The notes under the pieces were generated by a model. The model was given only the letters and a program-made list of their open reading frames with translations, had not been told where the DNA came from and did no database searches. The position numbers and the translations under genes were made by a program. This document shows, piece by piece, positions 9,477 through 19,861 of a DNA stretch of 64,000 bases (the first letter of the stretch is position 1; each line of letters opens with the position of its first letter). Source of the stretch: an uncultured Lachnospiraceae bacterium (GTDB lineage Bacteria > Bacillota > Clostridia > Lachnospirales > Lachnospiraceae); NCBI GenBank assembly GCA_947165275.1, contig CAMUZQ010000005.1, forward strand, positions 15,110 through 79,109, written 5' to 3'.

Positions 9477-10550
9477 TCAGTCTCCGAAGGAAATGCCGAG
9501 CATCTTTGCTTCTTTTATGATAGCAGCATTGGGATCAAGGCTCTTGAGCTTGCCTGCCACCTCATCAAGAGGAACCTTGACGATCTCTCTGTTCTTGTAG
9601 CCGACCATGAACCCGTACTCACCCTTGAGTATCAGCTTGCCTGCCTCTGACCCGAGACGAGAAGCAAATACTCTGTCATAGGAATCCGGCGCTCCGCCTC
9701 TCTGGATATGTCCGGGAACCGTGACTCTGACCTCTTTGCCTGTCTTTTTCTGGATCTTCTCAGCAATCTCATAGGAAACGGAAGGATATTTCGCCTTGGC
9801 GACCTTCTCCTTATATTCCTTCTTTGAAAGCTTGGCATCCTGCTTGCTTATCGCGCCCTCAGCCACTACTATGATAGTGAACTTGGCGCCTCTCTTCTTT
9901 CTGAGCTCTATCGCATCTACGATCTTATCAATATCATAAGGTATCTCCGGAATAAGGATGATGTCGGCTCCGCCGGCCATACCGGCATTCAGCGGGAGAA
10001 ATCCGACCTTGTGTCCCATGATCTCCACAATGAACACCCTGCCGTGTGAATCTGCAGTAGTATGAATATAATCAATGGTCTGGGTTGCGATATCAACTGC
10101 ACTCTGGAAGCCGAAGGTCATATCCGTGCCCCAGAGGTCATTATCAATAGTCTTCGGAAGAGTGACTATATTAAGCCCCTCCTCACGGAGCAGATTTGCC
10201 GTCTTATGAGTTCCGTTTCCTCCGAGGATGACCAGGCAGTCAAGACGAAGCTTATAATATGAATGCTTCATTGACTCAACCTTATCCCTGCCGTCCTCAT
10301 CCGGCTCTCTGATCGTCTTAAAAGGTACTCTTGAGGTACCGAGGATCGTGCCTCCTCTGGTGAGAATGCCGGAGAAATCAGAGATATCAAGCATCCTGTA
10401 CTCGCCATAGATCAGACCCCTGTAACCGTCAAGGAATCCGTACAGCTCGATCTGCTCACCGGAATTGACCAGTGATTTGACGACCCCTCTCATAGCCGCA
10501 TTAAGTGCCTGACAGTCGCCGCCGCTAGTAAGTAACCCAATACGCTTCAT
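9477..10550 (-). CDS. pfkA: 6-phosphofructokinase
   Basis: TSGGDC, GGTILGTSR, PKTIDND, EIMG and GHIQRGG motifs. Confidence 0.93.
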   Translation of the reverse strand: MKRIGLLTSGGDCQALNAAMRGVVKSLVNSGEQIELYGFLDGYRGLIYGEYRMLDISDFSGILTRGGTILGTSRVPFKTIREPDEDGRDKVESMKHSYYKLRLDCLVILGGNGTHKTANLLREEGLNIVTLPKTIDNDLWGTDMTFGFQSAVDIATQTIDYIHTTADSHGRVFIVEIMGHKVGFLPLNAGMAGGADIILIPEIPYDIDKIVDAIELRKKRGAKFTIIVVAEGAISKQDAKLSKKEYKEKVAKAKYPSVSYEIAEKIQKKTGKEVRVTVPGHIQRGGAPDSYDRVFASRLGSEAGKLILKGEYGFMVGYKNREIVKVPLDEVAGKLKSLDPNAAIIKEAKMLGISFGD

Positions 10551-10647
10551 ATACCAACCCCCTATACTTTTAGTTATGATGTAAGGATATCCCGCATCAT
10601 TTAATTAAAGAAATACAGTGAATATCATTATATCATAATATGCACTG

Positions 10648-13560
10648 TCAAACCAGTTCACAGTCCCACATTGCAATATCGGTGTCGGCAAATACAGACT
10701 GGATCCTCTCCTGCAGCTCGGCTTTTCTGACCCCCTTTTTAAGGACCACCTGAAGGAAGCCTCCGCCGCCGGCGCCGCAGATCATCTTTCCTGCAAGAAG
10801 ATCCTCGCATGTATCAAAGATCTGATCGATCAGGGTATTGGTGCTTCCTGCATCTATAAGCTTTGAAAGCTCCCAGTGACGGTTAAGCAGCTCTGCGAAA
10901 GCATCTATATTTCCGCGCTCAAGCTCGAAACGCTGCAGGGCCGCATTTCTCTGTATCTCATTGAGGGCATATACCGTATCCGGCTCGTTTCCGATATAAC
11001 GTCCTACCACATCACGCAGCAGATTCCGCGCAAGTCTCCTCTGACCTGTATATATGAGGGTAAACCTTTCATTCAATTCTTTACGCACAGCTTCTGAAAG
11101 CTCCAGGTGTGTGACAGACAGATCCTGCTTCAGACCGGGCTTCGAGGTGATATACTTGATCCCGTCCGTAACTCCCCCTGCCTGATCCTGCCATCCGCCT
11201 CCCGTGGACATGATCTGCTCCATACAAAGCACATGAGAATACAGATCCGCCTCGTCATATTCTATGCCGAGGAATTCAAAAAGCGCTTTCACGCAGGCCG
11301 CAGCCAGTATACTGCTGGTCCCCAGACCGCTGCCCTTCGGGACACCAACGACCTCGGTATCCATGCATATCCCGCCGCCAAGGCGGGTAAGGATCGAATC
11401 CAGATCTCCCCCCTGTCCGGGGATCACCCCGCAGGCAAGGAAGGCCGCTTTCTGGAGCACATAGGGATCGTAAGGATCGCCGACTGACTGCAGCTTCCGT
11501 ATGTCATCAAATTCCCCATGTACATCCATATCCTGACTTTCAAATACGATCTTATGTTCTTCAAGTCTTTTAAGACCGACCTTCACGGGCCTTTCTCCAT
11601 TTAAGAGTATTGCCGCATTGAGCACGGTTCCGCCGTTTTCATTGCAATATGGCGGCGTATCCGACCAGCCTCCTCCGAAATTAACCCGCAGAGGCAGCTT
11701 CACCTCATGGCTGTCGAGCATGATCTTTGCTTTTTTATTTTCCTGAAGTCCCGAAAGACCGGTAGCCAGAATAGCATCCGAGAGGATATGGAAAGCCTTT
11801 GATACCTCAACCTCATCACCAAGCGCAGATCCGATATAATAATGAAACCTCATGCGCTCGCTGTATTCCGCTTCAGCTATGTGCTCATCCATCCACTCCT
11901 TTTGTATCTTTGTGAGCGGTGCGGCAAGCACACCCTTCTGCACCGGCTGTTTATCATCGATCAGGCCGCGGATCCGGTTCATGCGGACAAGCTCGGACAT
12001 TCTCTCATTCCAGGCAAGGATCGCTTCAGGGTCTGCATCAATAAAGCCGGCAGCCATGGATTTTCCCTTAAGGGACCCGACCTCTTTCCATTCTCCTGCT
12101 GTTACATGGTGGTATAACCGGAGAGCAGCCTCTACGGCCTCCTTCACGGTCTTCCTTTCCGGATATAGTCCTGCAAACCAGAGAGTATGGGGAACCCCCT
12201 CCTCCCACAGGTCTCCCGTAAGCTCCCTGCCGAAAAGCCTGCTCTCCTTCGGATTATCCTCTACCCCGTATATACGGCACACAAAACTGCCGTTACTCTG
12301 CTTTAAACCGTGCAGCACGACATGGGCAGGGATCTCCTGATCCGTCACATCTATATATGAAAGAACCGATCCCTCTCCGACAGCGGCATCATCATGGATG
12401 TAGCTGACCTCGGCGTACACCCCTTTTCCTACTCTGGCTCTCGGGTTCACGACCGAGTTATATCTCGCGGAGACTACACCGGAGCTGTTGACCACGCTTC
12501 CCCAGCCAAGCTCCTTATACTGGTCGACACCGCCGTTCATAAGTCTCAATATCTCTTTTGTTGTTCCGAAATGTATGAATTTGGAAGGCGCCAGTCGGAG
12601 GAGCTTGAGTCTGAATGGGCGGAGTGCTTCCCATAAGGCGGTCCTGCACTCTGTCAGCTCGTCACTGTATTCTCCCTCCGGTTTCTCCTTATAATATTCC
12701 TCCAGGGTTGAATCCACCGCCAGCGGATACTGAAAATCTCCATACAGTGAAAGCCTGACCCTGTCATTTACAAAGGTCCTGTACTTATTCTCGTCATTCC
12801 TTCCATCGGTGCTGATCAGCTTATAAAGTGCATTCAGCACGTCAACGCCAAAGATCAGTGCTCCCGTATCGATATCCACGTCTCCGGCGTCATTCACGGC
12901 CCCGACAGATCTCAGCATTTCCTCACTCTGCTTATGATGGAAGGACTTCACATATCCGTCCTCGCCTCGGAGGAACACTCCGTGATTCTTTCCGGTTTCC
13001 ACCGGTTCCTTGAAGCTCACGGCAGCCACTCCGTGGCCGGAATAATCTATAAGCAGCGGATTGAAAAGCAGCAGCACGTCTCCAGCAAGCAGGAACATTC
13101 CCTCCCGGATGCGTCCCGGGACTGCGGACATGGCAACAAGTATCTCATCAAATAATGTGGAGGATCTCCCGTCCGGGAGCTCATGGGGAACCGGACTGAA
13201 GAGCTTTCCCAGGGCGCTGTACTGGGGAACCCGTCTGCTGTCTCCGCCGGAATGTATCACGAGGATACGCAGTCCGTCAAAGGAGCCTTCCTTTTCCCGC
13301 AGGTATTTCAGTACGGAAAGTGTCGCTCCTCCGGAGCCGACCCTTACTCCTCCCTCGTCCGGGATCACTTCGAAAACGGTCTTTTCCGGCAGATACGGCT
13401 TCCTTGCTTCGATCTGCAGCCGGAAGCTCCTCGCCTGATGTTCATTGGATGCGGTCAGTATCACATAATCCCATACAGGAAAGGCCGGAGCTCTGAGACT
13501 TCTTTGATAATCGCTCCATGCATCCTTATATGATTGAGAAAGATATAGACTTATATTCAT
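10648..13560 (-). CDS. fkp: Bifunctional L-fucokinase / GDP-L-fucose pyrophosphorylase (Fkp-like)
   Basis: N-terminal GSGGAT and HSGGDSRR..GKLF nucleotidyltransferase motifs; C-terminal GHMP kinase (PLRVNFGGGWSDTPPY, PKGSGLGTSS, GGGWQDQ, GAGGGG); 970 aa. Confidence 0.85.
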   Translation of the reverse strand: MNISLYLSQSYKDAWSDYQRSLRAPAFPVWDYVILTASNEHQARSFRLQIEARKPYLPEKTVFEVIPDEGGVRVGSGGATLSVLKYLREKEGSFDGLRILVIHSGGDSRRVPQYSALGKLFSPVPHELPDGRSSTLFDEILVAMSAVPGRIREGMFLLAGDVLLLFNPLLIDYSGHGVAAVSFKEPVETGKNHGVFLRGEDGYVKSFHHKQSEEMLRSVGAVNDAGDVDIDTGALIFGVDVLNALYKLISTDGRNDENKYRTFVNDRVRLSLYGDFQYPLAVDSTLEEYYKEKPEGEYSDELTECRTALWEALRPFRLKLLRLAPSKFIHFGTTKEILRLMNGGVDQYKELGWGSVVNSSGVVSARYNSVVNPRARVGKGVYAEVSYIHDDAAVGEGSVLSYIDVTDQEIPAHVVLHGLKQSNGSFVCRIYGVEDNPKESRLFGRELTGDLWEEGVPHTLWFAGLYPERKTVKEAVEAALRLYHHVTAGEWKEVGSLKGKSMAAGFIDADPEAILAWNERMSELVRMNRIRGLIDDKQPVQKGVLAAPLTKIQKEWMDEHIAEAEYSERMRFHYYIGSALGDEVEVSKAFHILSDAILATGLSGLQENKKAKIMLDSHEVKLPLRVNFGGGWSDTPPYCNENGGTVLNAAILLNGERPVKVGLKRLEEHKIVFESQDMDVHGEFDDIRKLQSVGDPYDPYVLQKAAFLACGVIPGQGGDLDSILTRLGGGICMDTEVVGVPKGSGLGTSSILAAACVKALFEFLGIEYDEADLYSHVLCMEQIMSTGGGWQDQAGGVTDGIKYITSKPGLKQDLSVTHLELSEAVRKELNERFTLIYTGQRRLARNLLRDVVGRYIGNEPDTVYALNEIQRNAALQRFELERGNIDAFAELLNRHWELSKLIDAGSTNTLIDQIFDTCEDLLAGKMICGAGGGGFLQVVLKKGVRKAELQERIQSVFADTDIAMWDCELV

Positions 13561-13578
13561 GTGGCTCCTTATGATTCC

Positions 13579-14088
13579 TTATCTTATAGATGGTTTTATG
13601 CTGCTTAATTGAGGTTCTCTGCCATTCTGAAGATCATAATCTCCGTATATACGATACATATGGTGATATACCGGTTCCTGAGAGGCATATTTTCCCGCAC
13701 TGTGGATACCATAGATTTCAGTCACGCTATACGGTAAATTGCTGAGACTTTCCCTTGTAACGATCACATAATAATTATCTGTTCTGCGAATTTCATGTGC
13801 AAATTCCTCAGAGGCTGCAAATCTGTTACCTTCATCAATAAATACCAGACTTCCATGCATTCCCTTCAGCTGTTCTTTCCATGTGTTTCCGCTTAGAACT
13901 CTGCACGGACAGTTACAGCTTAGGATAATACCGGTGTCCGATCCGTTGAGTTCATATTCCTGGATCATATCCACCAGCGTTGTTTTTCCGCTGGCGCTGT
14001 CCCCTTTCAAAATCGTTATGTTTCGGTGGAATGTCTGTTCATATTGCAGATGAGCTGATCGCACCCTCAAGGATACGCTCCCACGCAT
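13579..14088 (-). CDS. Short P-loop ATPase-like protein, possibly C-terminally truncated
   Basis: Walker A GDSASGKT (aa 29-36), Walker B LVFIDE (aa 81-86); start overlaps the stop of the DUF4869-like gene by 1 nt. Confidence 0.7.
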   Translation of the reverse strand: MRGSVSLRVRSAHLQYEQTFHRNITILKGDSASGKTTLVDMIQEYELNGSDTGIILSCNCPCRVLSGNTWKEQLKGMHGSLVFIDEGNRFAASEEFAHEIRRTDNYYVIVTRESLSNLPYSVTEIYGIHSAGKYASQEPVYHHMYRIYGDYDLQNGREPQLSSIKPSIR

Positions 14089-14525
14089 CAGACATACCTC
14101 CCGGCAACAGGGATAAGCTCATCCATGTTATGAACTATATCTCCCGTGTTCATTATCATTATTTCAAAATCGTCCGGTCCAAAATCCATCAGATGGCGAA
14201 GATTTACCGTAATATCCCTTTCCCTGGAAATGCGCAGCAGCCATCCGGCACAATTATCCCCGCAGTTTGAAGCATTGAATATCCTGTCCTGCACCTTGTC
14301 TATCAGGATCAAAGTTTTCAGTCCGCCCGATAATGTAACCGGAGCGATCACGCCTAAAACAGGACTGTCTATTGCGCCGTTTCCCAATACACTTGAATTG
14401 TCTATATCCTTTACCATATGAATAATATCAGGATCCTTAAACCATTCCGGGTTGTAGTTAAATTTAAAATACACTGATGTGTTATAAATGGCATCTTCCT
14501 TTTCGCCATAATAAATCTTCAGCAT
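14088..14525 (-). CDS. DUF4869-like protein with an ABC-signature-like motif
   Basis: IYNTSVYF, IDSPVLGVI, LSGGLKTLILI and NASNCGDNC; family recognised from memory. Confidence 0.7.
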   Translation of the reverse strand: MLKIYYGEKEDAIYNTSVYFKFNYNPEWFKDPDIIHMVKDIDNSSVLGNGAIDSPVLGVIAPVTLSGGLKTLILIDKVQDRIFNASNCGDNCAGWLLRISRERDITVNLRHLMDFGPDDFEIMIMNTGDIVHNMDELIPVAGRYV

Positions 14526-14564
14526 ACATCCATCCTTTCACACCTGCGGAGTTCTGTCTTTAAC

Positions 14565-14593
14565 ATGATACACCCCGAAAATGGCATTTTCAA
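14565..14593 (-). promoter_or_regulatory. Predicted sigma-A promoter for DUF4869-like/ATPase/fkp
   Basis: TTGAAA-17 bp-TATCAT on the minus strand, about 40 bp upstream of the ATG at 14525. Confidence 0.55.
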
Positions 14594-14679
14594 TCCGGTC
14601 AGGGGAGGGGGTCAGGGGGCGTAGCTTTGTAATGTTTGAATTGATCTCGCATATGATATAAAATTAAGAAATATCTCAT

Positions 14680-14843
14680 TCTAGTACACCGAATAATAAA
14701 TTTCTGGTACATTCACGCAGGATGATTGTTCATATGCAATGAAGCCGAATGAGGCAATGCGGGCATTGCCGATTGAGGATGAAGCAGCATATGGGCAATC
14801 AGACAAGCGAATGTGCCAGTTAATTATTATTCGGTGTACTAGA
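14680..14843. mobile_element. 164-bp palindromic MITE-like element
   Basis: Perfect 20-bp terminal inverted repeat TCTAGTACACCGAATAATAA (14680-14699 / 14824-14843); nested imperfect inner repeats; central GGCAATGC-GG-GCATTGCC hairpin; no ORF. Confidence 0.7.
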
Positions 14844-14890
14844 GAGGTTTTTATTCTTACAGGAAGTCGGATACCATCATATTCTTGCTA

Positions 14891-15994
14891 TTATTTGTCT
14901 TTTTTCCTATAGATAGAACCATCCATATCAAATTCAAGTGTTCCATTGTTGTAATAATACTCAACATTTCCATAAACATAAGAAACCCTTACCGTATTAT
15001 TTGAATATGTATAAGTTAAGGGTATCACATTATCACCTTGATGGATCTCCCCGACGCCACCCTCATCGAACTGGATATAGTAGTCAGAGTAATCCGTGTA
15101 ATCTGGATACCATTTTCCTATTATCCCTGTATCAGTTTGGGGTTCTTCATCTTCAAAGTCTGATTCCGCCACATCCTTTTCGGTTTCCGGCATCTCTATG
15201 ATAACCACGTCTTTTGCATCGTGCGACTCAAAATCAGATTCACCAGTATTACCCTTACACTCTTCAGCTATTTCGGAATAATAATCCTTTAATACTGATA
15301 AATCATCAGCCTCACACGAAAAATCCAATAATATCGTGGTAAGTGTAGCACTCTCATCACTATTTCCGCTTGAAAATCCAGCTTCATCCAGCTCACACTT
15401 TACAACATCCATAGAGATATTGGATCCATCAATGTCTATCTTTATTGTCTTTGGCATGTGATCAGTGTAATCGATAGGAAATCCGTCCGTTGCTTTTTCA
15501 GTCGAATCAAAGACTTCTGAGGCATAAACAAAGGCCTTAACAACCGAGTCCAGCTGATCTCGCATATTATCATTATAAATGCCTACATCCAGTTTTCTGA
15601 TATCATCGATACACTCTTCTGTTAAGGTAAGCTCTTCATCATCAACGCTTACTTTGGGTATACTGTTGCTGTATAGATGATCGTATGTAAGTGGACCACT
15701 GTCTGAATATATACCCAATCCTTTATATTTCATTACAGATACATCTCCTACGATTGAATTGGTAATATCAGTCTCATCGGGACTAAAAGAATACTCGAAT
15801 ACGATACTTATAGAATCCTTTTCTTTTTCCTCCGGAATCTCAATAACATCGTCTTCAGCAGCATTATCAGATGCACTGAAAAGGCTTTCTTCTATTAGAG
15901 CAGTTTCGGTTTCTGCTTCTGGAACATCTGATTTACCGCATCCCAAAACAACTGAAATAACTGTGATCCCAATAATAATCCAGAGTCTCTTCAT
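14891..15994 (-). CDS. Acidic lipoprotein of unknown function
   Basis: Signal peptide with lipobox VLGC; very Asp/Glu-rich; small C-terminal beta domain (GKWY...FDEGG); visibly AT-richer than the flanks. Confidence 0.7.
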   Translation of the reverse strand: MKRLWIIIGITVISVVLGCGKSDVPEAETETALIEESLFSASDNAAEDDVIEIPEEKEKDSISIVFEYSFSPDETDITNSIVGDVSVMKYKGLGIYSDSGPLTYDHLYSNSIPKVSVDDEELTLTEECIDDIRKLDVGIYNDNMRDQLDSVVKAFVYASEVFDSTEKATDGFPIDYTDHMPKTIKIDIDGSNISMDVVKCELDEAGFSSGNSDESATLTTILLDFSCEADDLSVLKDYYSEIAEECKGNTGESDFESHDAKDVVIIEMPETEKDVAESDFEDEEPQTDTGIIGKWYPDYTDYSDYYIQFDEGGVGEIHQGDNVIPLTYTYSNNTVRVSYVYGNVEYYYNNGTLEFDMDGSIYRKKDK

Positions 15995-16100
15995 AATTAT
16001 TCTCCACCTTTATAGCAATAATACATCTTACAAGATATAAGAATTACAATTACGTTATATCATCTTTTGTCTGGATTGCTTTATCCTTAAGATCGACTGC

Positions 16101-16316
16101 CTATCTCTTTATAGCAGTTCCGGCTATATCGGCAGCATCTTTCATCAGGATGCCCTCTGGGCGGTTCTCGGCAAATTCCTTTTTCTCCAGCGGAGGGTCT
16201 TCGGAGAGCATCCGCGCCAGCGTGTACCAGGCAATATCGAACTGTAAACTCCGCATCACGGGCAAGTAATGTTGCATCAATGGAGGCAATGTCAAACTCT
16301 TTGTCATTGAGAGCAC
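16101..16316 (-). CDS. Small hypothetical ORF or gene remnant
   Basis: 71-codon GTG-start ORF with no clear RBS; the frame stays open 16 codons past the TAG. Confidence 0.25.
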   Translation of the reverse strand: MLSMTKSLTLPPLMQHYLPVMRSLQFDIAWYTLARMLSEDPPLEKKEFAENRPEGILMKDAADIAGTAIKR

Positions 16317-16359
16317 GATACAGATAATCGACCTGATATGTTTACCTGGAGCTATGGGT

Positions 16360-17136
16360 CTACTTAAGAGAGTATGTGCAGAGTTTGCTGCTGTGATGGT
16401 AGCGGACGTCGTCGGCTATGATCCCGTAGGTCTTTCCCATTGATATAGTTTTCATCGGTATGCCGTTTACCTCATAACGCCTGGAAGCGCCGGCTTTAAT
16501 GAAGTCCTCTTCATAGGGATAGATGGTTACAAATATATCGGCACTTAAGTCACGCACATGCATACAGTATGTGCGTGTGCTTTTATTTCCGTCCTCGTCT
16601 ATATAATCAGCAGTGAAATTTTTAAGATAGCGATAGGGCACGCCTATCATCTCTTCGACATAATGAACAAAGGTGTAGCTGTGCTGGCACTCCACATCTA
16701 TAAATACATTTTTTGTATCATGTTCCCTGCACCAGGAAAACGGGCTGTGAGAGCCGAATGAGGATCTGTTGTCCATCGCCACAAGCTCCTCTGTCCCGCT
16801 GCCCCATACGGCAAAGGAATAGATAGGGTGTCTGGTCCTCTTAAAATCATCTCTTTTAAGCACGACCTTTCCTATGGAGCCTGTCTGTGACGGAGATCTC
16901 CGGATATCGAAGGTCTTTCCCTTACAGAAATCCCAGTTGAAAACAGGGATCAGGATGGTTCCCTCAGGGCCTATGATATCCTGCACGGAATCAATGAGCA
17001 CGTTTAAGTCCGTATCATCCCCGTTTTCTATACAGGTATAAAGAAGCTGCTTCACATCAGATGCGATCCAGACCGAATCTCCCCTCTCCAGTCCGAAATA
17101 CTGCGGTATGTCTTTGAGCTTTACATATCCATCCAT
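16360..17136 (-). CDS. AAC(3)/YokD-family N-acetyltransferase
   Basis: GTILIPVFNWDF, RTRHPIYSFAVWG, FGSHSPF and SYTFVHYVEE motifs. Confidence 0.75.
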   Translation of the reverse strand: MDGYVKLKDIPQYFGLERGDSVWIASDVKQLLYTCIENGDDTDLNVLIDSVQDIIGPEGTILIPVFNWDFCKGKTFDIRRSPSQTGSIGKVVLKRDDFKRTRHPIYSFAVWGSGTEELVAMDNRSSFGSHSPFSWCREHDTKNVFIDVECQHSYTFVHYVEEMIGVPYRYLKNFTADYIDEDGNKSTRTYCMHVRDLSADIFVTIYPYEEDFIKAGASRRYEVNGIPMKTISMGKTYGIIADDVRYHHSSKLCTYSLK

Positions 17137-17154
17137 GATGCCGGCACCTTAAAG

Positions 17155-19851
<2,697 letters not shown>

Positions 19852-19861
19852 ACAAGCCTCT

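Noticed and set aside
14597-14621. G-rich GGTCAGGGG direct repeat as a possible G-quadruplex or oriT
   Set aside because: Only three long G runs, and no relaxase or other supporting context
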